From IMG/VR virus record IMGVR_UViG_2744054912_000001: a stretch of 18,937 nucleotides of DNA. One strand, 5' to 3'. Below the pieces are notes generated by a model. That model saw only the letters and a list, made by a program, of their open reading frames with translations. It did not search any database and had not been told where the DNA came from. Shown here one piece after another: positions 8,643 through 18,521 of the stretch. Position 1 is the stretch's first letter, and each line of letters begins with the position of its first letter. The stretch comes from a virus. Its lineage: Duplodnaviria > Heunggongvirae > Uroviricota > Caudoviricetes. The position numbers and the translations under genes are program-made.

Positions 8643-9199
8643 AACTGACGCCTGTTATTGCTGCGCTGCGTGCCCGCTGCCCGTATTTTGAAAACCGGGT
8701 GGCAGGCGCGGCACAGTTCAAAAATCTGCCGGAGGTCGGAAAGCTGAGACTCCCGGCGGCGTATGTGGTACCGGGTGATGATTCTCCGGGAGAAAACAAA
8801 AGCCAGACCGACTACTGGCAGGAGCTGAAAGAGGGCTTCTCCGTGGTTGTCATACTGAGTAATGGGCGTGATGAGCGCGGTCAGTTTGCCTCGTATGATG
8901 TGGTGGACGATGTCCGGCAGATGCTCTTTAAGGCCCTGCTGGGCTGGAACCCGGAAGCGTGCGGTAACCCGATTACCTATGACGGCGGCACGCTGCTGGA
9001 TCTGAATCGTCATGAGCTGATTTATCAGTTCGATTTTTCGGTCATCAGCGAGCTGACTGAAGACGATACCCGCCAGCAGGATGACCTGAACAGTCTGGAT
9101 GAACTGCAAACGCTGGCGATTGATGTTGATTATCTCGAGCCCGGTAACGGGTCTGACGGCGATATCGAACATCACACCGAAATAACCCTTCCTTCCTGA
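8639..9199 (+). CDS. Tail completion / tail terminator-like protein (Mu gp37-like, DUF1834-type)
   Basis: 186 aa, immediately upstream of the sheath gene, the position of the tail terminator or completion protein in Mu-like contractile-tail modules. Family assigned from recall. Confidence 0.65.
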   Translation: MKLTPVIAALRARCPYFENRVAGAAQFKNLPEVGKLRLPAAYVVPGDDSPGENKSQTDYWQELKEGFSVVVILSNGRDERGQFASYDVVDDVRQMLFKALLGWNPEACGNPITYDGGTLLDLNRHELIYQFDFSVISELTEDDTRQQDDLNSLDELQTLAIDVDYLEPGNGSDGDIEHHTEITLPS

Positions 9200-9207
9200 G
9201 GATCCTC

Positions 9208-9378
9208 ATGTTTGTCAAACCTGTTAAAGGGCGGTCAGTTCCTGACCCTGCCCGCGGCGACCTTTTGCCCGCCGAAGGGCGAAATGTTGACGAGAACAAC
9301 TACTGGCTGCGCCGTGAAGCAGCGGGTGATATCCGGCGCGTGAATAAAAAGGTGAATACCGATGACGACAAGCTTTAA
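9208..9378 (+). CDS. Small conserved protein preceding tail sheath (DUF2635-like)
   Basis: 56-codon ORF not in the supplied track (below its length cutoff): MFVKPVKGRSVPDPARGDLLPAEGRNVDENNYWLRREAAGDIRRVNKKVNTDDDKL. Its end overlaps the sheath start by 17 nt. Mu-like tail clusters carry a small gene of this size at this position. Confidence 0.5.
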   Translation: MFVKPVKGRSVPDPARGDLLPAEGRNVDENNYWLRREAAGDIRRVNKKVNTDDDKL

Positions 9379-10858
9379 CACCATTCCGTCGAATACGCTG
9401 GTTCCGTTGTTTTATGCGGAAATGGATAACCAGGCGGCGAATACTGCACAGGACAGCGGAGCATCGCTGCTGATTGGTCATGCCAATAACGGTGCAGAGA
9501 TTGTTGCCAACAGTCTGGTACTGATGCCGTCGGCAGACTATGCACGCCAGATTTGTGGTGCGGGAAGTCAGCTGGCGCGTATGGTCGAGGCTTATCGCCA
9601 GACCGACCCGTTTGGTGAACTGTATGTAATTGCCGTTCCTGAATCCACGGGCGCGGCGGCAACGGTTACGCTGACGGTGACCGGGGCGGCAACCGAAACC
9701 GGCACGGTGAATGTTTATGTGGGACGTACCCGCGTGCAGGCACCGGTGACCAACGGCGATAACGTCACGACGATTGCCAGCAGTATCAAAGATGCCATTA
9801 ATGCCGTTCCGGCCCTGCCGTTTACGGCCTCATCTTCGGCAGGCGTGGTCACGCTGACCGCGCGTCATAAGGGGCTTTGCGGGAATGAAATTCCTGTCAG
9901 CCTCAATTACTACGGCTTTGGTGGGGGCGAAGTGCTGCCAGCGGGCGTACAGATTGCTGTGGCGACGGGGAGCGCCGGAACGGGCGCTCCGGTTCTCACC
10001 GGCGCGGTGGCTGCAATGGCGGATGAGCCGTTTGATTATATTGGCCTGCCGTTCAACGACACGGCCTCCGTTAACACGCTGGTGACAGAGATGAACGATA
10101 CCAGCGGTCGCTGGAGCTATGCGCGTCAGCTGTATGGTCATGTGTATACGGCAAAGATCGGCACGCTGTCAGAACTGGTGAACGCAGGTGACCAGTTTAA
10201 CCAGCAGCACATTACCCTGGCGGGATACGAAAAAGAGACCCAGACGCCTGCCGACGAGCTGGCGGCAAGCCGTACCGCCCGCGCAGCGGTGTTTATTCGC
10301 AACGATCCGGCACGTCCCACGCAGACCGGTGAGCTGGTGGGTATGCTGCCTGCGCCGAAGGGGAAACGGTTCACGATGACCGAACAACAGACCCTGCTGT
10401 CTCATGGCGTGGCAACGGCGTATGTCGAAAGCGGGGTGCTGCGCATTCAGCGTGATGTCACCACGTACAGGAAAAACGCTTACGGTGTTGCGGATAACAG
10501 CTACCTCGACAGCGAGACGCTGCATACCAGCGCGTATGTGCTGCGCAAACTGAAATCCGTCATTACCAGTAAGTACGGGCGTCACAAGCTTGCCAGCGAC
10601 GGTACCCGCTTTGGTCCCGGTCAGGCGATTGTCACACCGGCGGTGATCAAAGGGGAACTGCTGGCAACCTACCGTCAGCTTGAGCGTGCGGGGATCGTGG
10701 AAAACTACGAACTGTTTAAGCAGTACCTGGTTGTGGAGCGTGATGCCAGCGATCCGAACCGCCTGAACACGCTGTTCCCGCCTGACTATGTTAACCAGTT
10801 GCGTGTCTTTGCCGTGGTTAACCAGTTCCGTCTTCAGTATTCAGAGGAGTCTGCATAA
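9362..10858 (+). CDS. Tail sheath protein (Mu gpL-like)
   Basis: 498 aa; size and position (before tube protein and chaperone) typical of contractile-tail sheath proteins of Mu-like phages. Confidence 0.9.
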   Translation: MTTSFNTIPSNTLVPLFYAEMDNQAANTAQDSGASLLIGHANNGAEIVANSLVLMPSADYARQICGAGSQLARMVEAYRQTDPFGELYVIAVPESTGAAATVTLTVTGAATETGTVNVYVGRTRVQAPVTNGDNVTTIASSIKDAINAVPALPFTASSSAGVVTLTARHKGLCGNEIPVSLNYYGFGGGEVLPAGVQIAVATGSAGTGAPVLTGAVAAMADEPFDYIGLPFNDTASVNTLVTEMNDTSGRWSYARQLYGHVYTAKIGTLSELVNAGDQFNQQHITLAGYEKETQTPADELAASRTARAAVFIRNDPARPTQTGELVGMLPAPKGKRFTMTEQQTLLSHGVATAYVESGVLRIQRDVTTYRKNAYGVADNSYLDSETLHTSAYVLRKLKSVITSKYGRHKLASDGTRFGPGQAIVTPAVIKGELLATYRQLERAGIVENYELFKQYLVVERDASDPNRLNTLFPPDYVNQLRVFAVVNQFRLQYSEESA

Positions 10859-11214
10859 TGGCCCGTATCGGGGGAACCTGTTATTTCAAAATTGACGGTC
10901 AGCAGCTATCGCTGACCGGCGGCATTGAGGTGCCCATGAACAGGACGGTCAATGATGACATCATCGGCCTGGACGGTTCAGTGGACCGCAAGGAAACTCA
11001 CCGTGCGCCTTATGTCAAAGGGACCTTCAAGGTGCCGAAGAATTTTCCGGTGAGCAAAATCACCTCGTCTGATGAGATGACCATCACTGCCGAGCTGGCG
11101 AACGGTCAGGTCTATGTATTGTCGTCCGCCTGGCTGCACGGCGAAGCGAACCATAATGCCGAAGAAGGCACGGTTGATCTTGAGTTCCACGGTGAAGAAG
11201 GGGATTACCAGTAA
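10858..11214 (+). CDS. Tail tube protein (Mu gpM-like)
   Basis: 118 aa, immediately after the sheath gene, with a GAGGAG RBS; typical tube protein size. Confidence 0.85.
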   Translation: MARIGGTCYFKIDGQQLSLTGGIEVPMNRTVNDDIIGLDGSVDRKETHRAPYVKGTFKVPKNFPVSKITSSDEMTITAELANGQVYVLSSAWLHGEANHNAEEGTVDLEFHGEEGDYQ

Positions 11215-11483
11215 TGAAAGAGCTTGAGTTAAAGAAACCGATTATCGCTCATGGTGAGACACTCTCCGTACTGGAGTTTGATGAACCCACCGGGAAGGAT
11301 GTCCGCGAGCTGGGGTATCCCTACCAGATGAATCAGGATGAGTCAGTCAGACTTCTGGCGCATGTGGTGTCGAAATACATTGTGCGGCTGGCGAAAGTGC
11401 CGCAAAGCTCTGTCGACCAGATGTCTCCGGCAGACCTGAATGCAGCGGCGTGGCTTGTGGCTGGTTTTTTCCTCCAGGCCTGA
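11214..11483 (+). CDS. Tail assembly chaperone (short, unshifted product)
   Basis: 89-aa ORF directly upstream of the tape measure gene. It ends just after a slippery heptamer (T TTT TTC at 11465-11471). Confidence 0.75.
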   Translation: MKELELKKPIIAHGETLSVLEFDEPTGKDVRELGYPYQMNQDESVRLLAHVVSKYIVRLAKVPQSSVDQMSPADLNAAAWLVAGFFLQA

Positions 11484-11638
11484 CGGCTGAATACCTCACT
11501 GATCGCTTCTTTGACTGCGCCAGCTACTGGCGCATTAATCCTTTCGAATTGCTGAATATGCCGATCAGTGAAATTCCCTTGCTGGTCAGTCAGGCAAACA
11601 GGATAGAGCAGGAGAAACGCACACATGGCGGAATTTGA
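11214..11638 (+). CDS. Tail assembly chaperone, predicted -1 programmed-frameshift fusion product (lambda G/GT-like arrangement)
   Basis: The ORF 11450..11638 is in the -1 frame relative to 11214..11483 and overlaps it. The slippery site T_TTT_TTC lies in the overlap. The extended frame ends inside the tape measure start region. The arrangement is conserved before tape measure genes in many tailed phages (established knowledge). Confidence 0.5.
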
Positions 11639-13460
11639 GCTTAAGGCGTTGATCACCGGTGTCGACAGGCTTTCTCCCGCGCTGTCGAAAATGCAAAAGA
11701 AAATCCGGGGATTTAAACGCCAGGCGGAAGAAGCGTCACAGGGTGGGCTGGCGCTTGGTGGCGGACTGGCAGCGGGTCTGACGCTTTCCCTGAAATCTTA
11801 TGCCGATCAGGAAAACGCCGCCACCGGGCTGAAAGTCGCCATGATGGATGCGAACGGCGAGGTCGGAAAGAGCTTTCAGGACATCAATAAACTGGCTATT
11901 GGCCTGGGTAACCAGCTACCCGGTACAACGGCTGATTTCCAGAACATGATGCAGATGCTGGTGCGTCAGGGGATCCCGGCAGAAAACATTCTTGGCGGTG
12001 TGGGTAAAGCGACAGCTTATCTTGCGGTACAACTGAAAAAAACACCGGAAGCGGCTGCTGAGTTTGCTGCAAAGATGCAGGATGCTACCGGAACGGCGTC
12101 AGAAGACATGATGGGGCTGTTCGACACTATCCAGAAGGCGTTTTATCTGGGTGTTGACGATACCACCATGTTGTCCTTCTTCACTAAAACCAGCTCTGTT
12201 CTGAAGATGGTGAACAAGGACGGTCTTCAGGCTGCACAGAGCCTTGCCCCCATCAGCGTCATGATGGATCAGATGGGGATGAACGGGGAGTCGGCAGGTA
12301 ACGCCCTGCGAAAAGTTATCCAGTCCGGATTAAGCGTTAAGAAAATCAGGGACGTCAATAAAATCATGGCCCGCCAGAAACTCGGGGTACAGCTCGATTT
12401 TACTGACGGCAAAGGAAGTTTTGGCGGTCTTGATAACATGTTCAGGCAACTGGCAAAGCTGCGAAAACTGACCGACGTTAAGCGAACAGGTGTACTTAAG
12501 GCAATATTTGGTGATGATGCCGAAACCCTTCAGGTGGTCAATGCACTAATCGATAAAGGAAAGGATGGCTACGATCAGATCCAGCAGAAGATGAATAAAC
12601 AGGCCAGCCTGAATAAACGTGTTCAGGCCCAGCTTGGTACGCTGTCCAACCTGTGGGAGGCAATGACGGGGACCGCAACTAACGGCCTTGCGGCTATTGG
12701 CGGCGCATTTTCTGGTGACGCCAAAAATATCACGCAATGGCTGGGGGAGTTAGGGGAAAAATTCACGAAGTTTGCGGATGAAAATCCCCGGGTTATTCGC
12801 GGCGTCGTCGGGCTTGCTGCCGGTCTTGCGATTCTGAAACTGGGATTGATGGGCGTTGGCGGTGCCATCAGTATTGTCAGCAGGATCATGTCGATGACGC
12901 CGATTGGAATGATTGCGACGGCGATAGCCCTGGCTGCGGGATTAATTATCACTAACTGGGATGTTGTCGGACCTTATTTCAAGAAGCTCTGGGAAACCAT
13001 TGGTCCTTATTTTGAGGCTGGCTGGGAACTTCTGAAGAAGGTTTTTGCCTGGTCGCCGCTGGGGATGGTAATCAATAACTGGGGACCGGTTGTTAAGTGG
13101 TTTCAGGATATGTGGGACAAACTGAAGCCAATTATTGAGTGGTTTACCGACAGTTCCGGTGACACGGTCGATGCCATTAACTCTGCGCAGTGGGGCGCGG
13201 GTGCTTATGATGCTTATGGGACGGGAATACCGGCACGGGGATACACACCTTATCAGGCGGTAGATCCGGCTCAGTCAAACAACGCCTCCGGTGCCACAGG
13301 CCCGAATCCCTTCATGATTAACAAAGCTTCTGCGCCAAAAGTTGATGGTGAGATCAAGGTCTCTTTTGTGAATTCGCCTCCGGGTATGCGGGTTATGGAA
13401 ACGCGATCCAGCGGTTTTGATGTCAGCCATGATGTTGGCTATACGCGCTTTGGCAGGTAA
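11625..13460 (+). CDS. Tail tape measure protein
   Basis: 611 aa. Ala/Gly-rich helical N-region, a hydrophobic segment and Trp-periodic repeats near the C-terminus. Sits between the chaperone and baseplate genes. Confidence 0.9.
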   Translation: MAEFELKALITGVDRLSPALSKMQKKIRGFKRQAEEASQGGLALGGGLAAGLTLSLKSYADQENAATGLKVAMMDANGEVGKSFQDINKLAIGLGNQLPGTTADFQNMMQMLVRQGIPAENILGGVGKATAYLAVQLKKTPEAAAEFAAKMQDATGTASEDMMGLFDTIQKAFYLGVDDTTMLSFFTKTSSVLKMVNKDGLQAAQSLAPISVMMDQMGMNGESAGNALRKVIQSGLSVKKIRDVNKIMARQKLGVQLDFTDGKGSFGGLDNMFRQLAKLRKLTDVKRTGVLKAIFGDDAETLQVVNALIDKGKDGYDQIQQKMNKQASLNKRVQAQLGTLSNLWEAMTGTATNGLAAIGGAFSGDAKNITQWLGELGEKFTKFADENPRVIRGVVGLAAGLAILKLGLMGVGGAISIVSRIMSMTPIGMIATAIALAAGLIITNWDVVGPYFKKLWETIGPYFEAGWELLKKVFAWSPLGMVINNWGPVVKWFQDMWDKLKPIIEWFTDSSGDTVDAINSAQWGAGAYDAYGTGIPARGYTPYQAVDPAQSNNASGATGPNPFMINKASAPKVDGEIKVSFVNSPPGMRVMETRSSGFDVSHDVGYTRFGR

Positions 13461-13483
13461 TGAAAAATTAATCTGTTAATGAG

Positions 13484-13506
13484 TCCCACTCCGGTGGGAT
13501 TTTTTA
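13484..13506 (+). terminator. Rho-independent terminator-like hairpin after the tape measure gene
   Basis: TCCCAC (13484-13489), loop TCCG, GTGGGA (13494-13499), then TTTTTT (13500-13505). Short 6-bp stem, probably a partial terminator. Confidence 0.45.
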
Positions 13507-13520
13507 TGTACGGAGTTTAT

Positions 13521-14849
13521 ATGACGTGGAAAGACAGACTTCAGGACGCGTCATTTCGCGGTGTGCCGTTTAAGGTTGAAGAAGAAAGTGCGGGAACCGG
13601 TCGTCGTGTGGAAACGCACGAATACCCGAACCGCGACAAACCCTATACCGAAGACCTGGGGAAAATCACTTTCCGCCCGTCCATCACAGCTTATGTGGTG
13701 GGAGATGACTGCTTTGACCAGCGCGATCGCCTGATTGACGCGCTGAATAAACCCGGTCCCGGCACGCTTGTCCATCCGACTTACGGTGAGCTGAAAGTCT
13801 GTGTTGACGGGGAAGTTCGGGTCAGCACATCGAAGAGTGAAGGGCGTATTGTCCGCTTTGACCTGAAGTTTGTCGAAGCGGGAGAACTCTCTTACCCCAC
13901 TTCAGGTGCGGCGACGGCGCAGACGCTGATGTCATCCTGTTCTGCACTGGATGACTGCATCAGTGACAGCTTCAGTGGTTTCAGTATCGATGGCGTGGCA
14001 GATTTTGTGCAGAACGACGTCGTCGGTAATGCCAGCACAATGCTTGGGTATGTTTCTGATGCGATGAAAGTGGTGGATTCTGCCGTATCGGATGCCGCCA
14101 GGCTGTTGCAGGGGGATATCTCGGTACTTCTGCCGCCACCATCGTCAGGCAAAAATTTCGTTGAGCAGGTGCAGAAAATGTGGCGTACCGGGAAACGCCT
14201 TTATGGTAACGCCAGCGACCTGGTCACCATGATCAAAACGCTTTCCGGTGTCAGCCTCGGCAGCGATCTGCAACCGCGCGGCGTCTGGAAAACGGACAGT
14301 AAAACTACCGCCACGGCGACGCAGCAGCGTAACGTGGTTGCCAGCACCCTTCGTACGACCGCAATCAGCGAAGCGGCGTATGCCGTCACACGATTGCCTG
14401 CGCCCACAACTTCCGCGGTGATGCAGAATGCCACAGTAGGGCAGTCAACAACACCCGTGCAGAGCACCGGCTGGCCTTCTGTCACGCATCCGGCACTGAA
14501 CAATGCACCGGCGGTGAAAAACACGGTTGACCTGCCAACGTGGGAAGAACTGACCGACATTCGCGACACACTGAATACGGCAATTGATAAGGAGTTGTCC
14601 CGTACAACCAGTGATGCGCTGTTTCTGGCGCTGCGCCGGGTGAAAGCAGATCTGAATGCGGATATCAACACGCGCCTTGAACAGTCTGCACGGATCATTC
14701 AGCGCACGCCGGATGAGGTTTTACCCGCGCTGGTGCTGGCGGCGACCTGGTTTGATAACGCGGCGCGTGACGCGGACATTATCCGGCGTAATGCTATTAC
14801 GCATCCCGGCTTTGTGCCGGTGATCCCTCTGAAGGTGCCAGTGCAATGA
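13521..14849 (+). CDS. DNA circulation protein (Mu gpN-like tail protein)
   Basis: N-terminus MTWKDRLQDASFRGVPFKVEEESAGTGRRVETHEYPNRDKPYTEDLGK is typical of the Mu N / DNA-circulation family. GGAG RBS at 13512-13515. I prefer this start to the upstream ATGs at 13479 and 13506, which overlap the hairpin. Confidence 0.85.
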   Translation: MTWKDRLQDASFRGVPFKVEEESAGTGRRVETHEYPNRDKPYTEDLGKITFRPSITAYVVGDDCFDQRDRLIDALNKPGPGTLVHPTYGELKVCVDGEVRVSTSKSEGRIVRFDLKFVEAGELSYPTSGAATAQTLMSSCSALDDCISDSFSGFSIDGVADFVQNDVVGNASTMLGYVSDAMKVVDSAVSDAARLLQGDISVLLPPPSSGKNFVEQVQKMWRTGKRLYGNASDLVTMIKTLSGVSLGSDLQPRGVWKTDSKTTATATQQRNVVASTLRTTAISEAAYAVTRLPAPTTSAVMQNATVGQSTTPVQSTGWPSVTHPALNNAPAVKNTVDLPTWEELTDIRDTLNTAIDKELSRTTSDALFLALRRVKADLNADINTRLEQSARIIQRTPDEVLPALVLAATWFDNAARDADIIRRNAITHPGFVPVIPLKVPVQ

Positions 14850-15925
14850 ACGACAATGTCACGCTACGGGTAAATGGCCGGGAGTGGAATGGCTGGACAT
14901 CGGTGCGCATCGGTGCCGGTATTGAACGGCTGGCGCGGGATTTCAGTGTGGAGATCACTCGCCAATGGCCGGGAGATGAGGGTATCACCACGCTTCAGCC
15001 GCGCATTAAAAACGGTTCAAAAGTGGAAGTGCTAATTGGTGATGAGCTGGTGATCACCGGCTGGGTGGAGGCGACTCCCGTTCGTTACGATGCCCGTTCG
15101 GTCAGCACCGGTATTGCCGGACGTAGTCTGACGGCTGACCTGATTGACTGTGCAGCCGAACCGACACAGTTTAACGGACGCTCGCTGGTGCAGATTGCGC
15201 AGGCGCTTGCTGCACCTTTCGGCATTGAGGTGGTGAACAGCGGTGCGCCGTCGGGTGTTATTCCTGATGTTCAGCCTGATCACGGTGAAACGGTGATTGA
15301 GGTAATCAACAAAATACTCGGTCAGCAGCAGGCGCTGGCTTACGACGACCCGCACGGCAGGCTGGTGATTGGCGGTATTGGCTCAACGCGGGCACATACC
15401 GCGCTGGTACTTGGGGAAAACATCCTTTCCTGCGATACGGAGAAGAGTATCCGGGAGCGGTTTTCTGTTTACCAGGTGGCGGGGCAGCGTGCCGGAAACG
15501 ACGATGATTTCGGTGAGGCCACCACAACTGCGCTGCGGGCCCGCACAGAGGACGCATTTATTGCCCGTTACCGTCCGATGTATATCAGGCAGACAGGGCA
15601 GGCCACGGGGGCAGGCTGTATTGCGCGTGCTGACTTTGAAGCCCGACAACGGGTGGCGCGGACGGATGAAACCACTTATGTGGTGCAGGGCTGGCGACAG
15701 GGTAACGGTACGCTGTGGCAGCCCAACCAGCGGGTGATTGTCTTCGATCCGGTCTGTGGTTTCGACAATACCGAACTGCTTGTTTCGGAAGTCACGTTTA
15801 CTCAGGACCAGAACGGCACCCTGACGGAAATCCGTGTCGGCCCGCCTGATGCTTATCTGCCTGAACCCGAAGATCCCGGCGCGCGGAAAAAGAAAAAAGC
15901 CAGAGTACAGGAGGACCCGTTCTGA
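14846..15925 (+). CDS. Baseplate hub / tail protein (Mu gpP-like, P2 gpD-like late control D family)
   Basis: 359 aa, ATGA-coupled to the preceding gene, in the position of Mu P after Mu N. Family assigned from recall. Confidence 0.8.
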   Translation: MNDNVTLRVNGREWNGWTSVRIGAGIERLARDFSVEITRQWPGDEGITTLQPRIKNGSKVEVLIGDELVITGWVEATPVRYDARSVSTGIAGRSLTADLIDCAAEPTQFNGRSLVQIAQALAAPFGIEVVNSGAPSGVIPDVQPDHGETVIEVINKILGQQQALAYDDPHGRLVIGGIGSTRAHTALVLGENILSCDTEKSIRERFSVYQVAGQRAGNDDDFGEATTTALRARTEDAFIARYRPMYIRQTGQATGAGCIARADFEARQRVARTDETTYVVQGWRQGNGTLWQPNQRVIVFDPVCGFDNTELLVSEVTFTQDQNGTLTEIRVGPPDAYLPEPEDPGARKKKKARVQEDPF

Positions 15926-16473
15926 TGAGGGCGATTGAAGCCATGCAGCGACAACTCCTCGGCCTGATTGGGCGGGCCGTGGTGAAAAGCATCAGTGCCG
16001 CCACGAAATGTCAGACCGTGGATGTGTCCCTGATTGCCGGTGAACCCAAAGCCGGGGTTGAACATCTTGAACCCTACGGTTTTACCGCAAGAGCAAACAG
16101 CGGTGCGGAAGCGGTGGTGTTGTTTCCGGATGGCGACCGTTCTCATGCGGTGGTTGTTACGGTGTCGGACCGGCGCTACCGCCTGAAAGGGCTGCAGACG
16201 GGTGAGGTGGCTGTCTATGACGATCAGGGGCAGTCCGTGACGCTGACCCGGGAGGGGATCGTGGTGGACGGTGCAGGTAAAACGATCACGTTTCGCAATT
16301 CACCTAAAGCACGTTTTGAAATGGACCTGGAAGTGACAGGACAGGTGAAAGACCTGTGCGACTCCAGCGGCACTACCATGTCAGCGATGCGGCTTGCCTA
16401 TAACGGGCATCGTCACAGAGAGAACGGTCAGGGCAGTAACACCGACAAACCGGATAAAGCGATGGAGGCATGA
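15925..16473 (+). CDS. Baseplate assembly protein V / spike (Mu gp45-like)
   Basis: 182 aa; size, position and sequence character consistent with gpV-type baseplate spike proteins. Confidence 0.8.
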   Translation: MRAIEAMQRQLLGLIGRAVVKSISAATKCQTVDVSLIAGEPKAGVEHLEPYGFTARANSGAEAVVLFPDGDRSHAVVVTVSDRRYRLKGLQTGEVAVYDDQGQSVTLTREGIVVDGAGKTITFRNSPKARFEMDLEVTGQVKDLCDSSGTTMSAMRLAYNGHRHRENGQGSNTDKPDKAMEA

Positions 16474-16898
16474 TGGAACTGTGGCTGACGGTGAACGGTA
16501 AACGCACCTGCGCCAGCGCACCGCTGGATCCGCTGACCCGCGCCGTGGTGATTTCCCTGTTTACCTGGCGGCGGGCGGAGCCTGATGACAACGCCGACGT
16601 CCCGATGGGATGGTGGGGGGATACCTGGCCTGCGGTACAGAATGACCGTTACGGCTCCCGACTGTGGCTGCTTCAGCGCAGCAAACTGACCAATCAGCTG
16701 GTGCAGACAGTAAGGGGGTATATCCGCGAATGCCTGCAATGGATGATTGATGACGGCGTGGTGTCCCGTATTGATCTGGATATCCGCCGCACCGGGATTA
16801 ATGAGCTGGGTAACAGTATCACCCTCTGGCGTCGTGACGGACCGGTAATGATTTCTTTTGATGATCTGTGGAGTGCGATAACGCATGGCGGACAGTGA
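16470..16898 (+). CDS. Baseplate wedge protein (Mu gp46 family, GP46-like)
   Basis: 142 aa between the gpV-like and baseplate J-like genes, the position occupied by gp46/W-like proteins. Confidence 0.8.
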   Translation: MMELWLTVNGKRTCASAPLDPLTRAVVISLFTWRRAEPDDNADVPMGWWGDTWPAVQNDRYGSRLWLLQRSKLTNQLVQTVRGYIRECLQWMIDDGVVSRIDLDIRRTGINELGNSITLWRRDGPVMISFDDLWSAITHGGQ

Positions 16899-17943
16899 AT
16901 TTCAGCGCCCGACGCTGGCAGAAAATATCAGTATGCTCCGTAACGATTTATTCGCCAGGCTGGACGTCAGCGACACGCTTCGGCGCATGGATGAAGACGT
17001 GCGGGCAAAGGTGTATGCGGCGGCGCTGCATACGGTTTACGGTTACATCGATTATCTGGCAATGAACATGCTGCCTGACCTGTGCGATGAGTCCTGGCTG
17101 GCGCGACATGCTGCGATGAAACGGTGTCCGCGCAAGGGGGCCACGGCTGCCAGCGGGTATATGCGCTGGGAAGGTGTCAGCGATGGCCTGAAGGTGACCG
17201 CCGGGAGCGTGATTCAGCGCGATGACCTGGTTCAGTACACGGCAACTGCTGATGCAACCAGCTCCGGTGGTGTCCTGCGCGTGCCGATCGCCTGCTCAAG
17301 TGCAGGCGCGGTCGGTAACGCTGACGACGGTACGGCATTAATCCTGGTCACGCCGGTGAATGGTCTGCCGTCTTCCGGTGTTGCAGATACCCTGACTGGC
17401 GGATTCGATACTGAAGATCTGGAAACGTGGCGCGCCCGCGTCATTGAGCGGTATTACTGGACGCCTCAGGGCGGGGCTGATGGGGACTATGTTGTCTGGG
17501 CTAAAGAAGTGCCCGGCATTACCCGTGCATGGACATACCGCCACTGGATGGGAACGGGGACTGTCGGTGTGATGATTGCCGGCAGTGACCTGATTAATCC
17601 CATTCCGGAAGAATCAACGGAAACGGCAGCAAGACAACATATCGGGCCACTGGCCCCGGTGGCAGGCTCTGATTTGTATGTATTCAGGCCGGTGGCACAT
17701 ACGGTGGATTTTCATATCCGCGTGACGCCGGACACACCAGAAATACGGGCTGCCATTACCGCGGAGTTGCGTTCGTTCCTGCTGCGTGATGGTTATCCGC
17801 AGGGAGAACTGAAGGTGTCACGTATCAGTGAAGCGATTTCCGGTGCGAACGGGGAATACAGCCATCAGTTGCTTGCACCGGCAGACAATATCTCCATTGC
17901 AAAAAATGAACTGGCGGTACTGGGGACGATTTCATGGACGTGA
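16885..17943 (+). CDS. Baseplate J-like protein (Mu gp47-like)
   Basis: 352 aa; size and position typical of baseplate J family proteins. Confidence 0.85.
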   Translation: MADSEFQRPTLAENISMLRNDLFARLDVSDTLRRMDEDVRAKVYAAALHTVYGYIDYLAMNMLPDLCDESWLARHAAMKRCPRKGATAASGYMRWEGVSDGLKVTAGSVIQRDDLVQYTATADATSSGGVLRVPIACSSAGAVGNADDGTALILVTPVNGLPSSGVADTLTGGFDTEDLETWRARVIERYYWTPQGGADGDYVVWAKEVPGITRAWTYRHWMGTGTVGVMIAGSDLINPIPEESTETAARQHIGPLAPVAGSDLYVFRPVAHTVDFHIRVTPDTPEIRAAITAELRSFLLRDGYPQGELKVSRISEAISGANGEYSHQLLAPADNISIAKNELAVLGTISWT

Positions 17944-18518
17944 CAAACGATGATTACATCCGTCTGTTGTCGGCACTGTTGCCCCCCGGTCCGGCGTGGT
18001 CAGCCAGCGATCCGTCGATTGCCGGTGCGGCACCGTCATTAACCCGCGTTCATCAGCGTGCGGATGCCCTGATGCGGGAGCTGGATCCGCGCACCACCAC
18101 CGAACTGATAAATCGCTGGGAGCGTCTGTGCGGCCTGCCGGATGAATGTATTCCCGCTGGGACACAGACCCTTCGCCAGCGTCAGCAACGGCTGGATGCG
18201 AAGGTTAACCTGGCGGGTGGCATCAACGAGGATTTTTATCTTGCACAGCTTGCTGCCCTGGGCAGACCAGATGCCACCATCACGCGATACGACAAAAGCA
18301 CGTTCACCTGCTCATCGGCCTGTACTGACGCTGTGAATGCGCCGGAATGGCGGTATTACTGGCAGGTCAACATGCCAGCCGCCGCCAACACCACCTGGAT
18401 GACATGTGGCGATCCCTGTGATTCCGCACTGCGTATCTGGGGTGACACCGTTGTCGAGTGTGTGCTTAACAAACTCTGCCCGTCGCATACCTACGTAATT
18501 TTTAAATATCCGGAGTAA
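17934..18518 (+). CDS. Tail protein, Mu gp48-like (DUF2313 / e14 YmfQ-like)
   Basis: 194 aa; N-terminus ([16 protein letters not shown]) resembles the DUF2313 proteins found between baseplate J and the tail fiber in Mu- and e14-like tails. Confidence 0.75.
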   Translation: MDVTNDDYIRLLSALLPPGPAWSASDPSIAGAAPSLTRVHQRADALMRELDPRTTTELINRWERLCGLPDECIPAGTQTLRQRQQRLDAKVNLAGGINEDFYLAQLAALGRPDATITRYDKSTFTCSSACTDAVNAPEWRYYWQVNMPAAANTTWMTCGDPCDSALRIWGDTVVECVLNKLCPSHTYVIFKYPE

Positions 18519-18521
18519 TCC

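Noticed and set aside
8585-9175. Long antisense ORFs inside phage structural genes (for example 8585..9175, 7341..7898, 4104..4679, 5870..6304, 14201..14698, 16428..16886 on the - strand)
   Set aside because: They lie wholly within + strand genes that have strong family signatures and coupled starts. Long open antisense frames are expected by chance in high-GC coding DNA, and none has a convincing RBS or recognisable product.
11450-11638. ORF 11450..11638 as an independent gene starting at its own ATG
   Set aside because: It starts inside the chaperone ORF with no RBS, and is better explained as the -1 frameshift extension of the chaperone.
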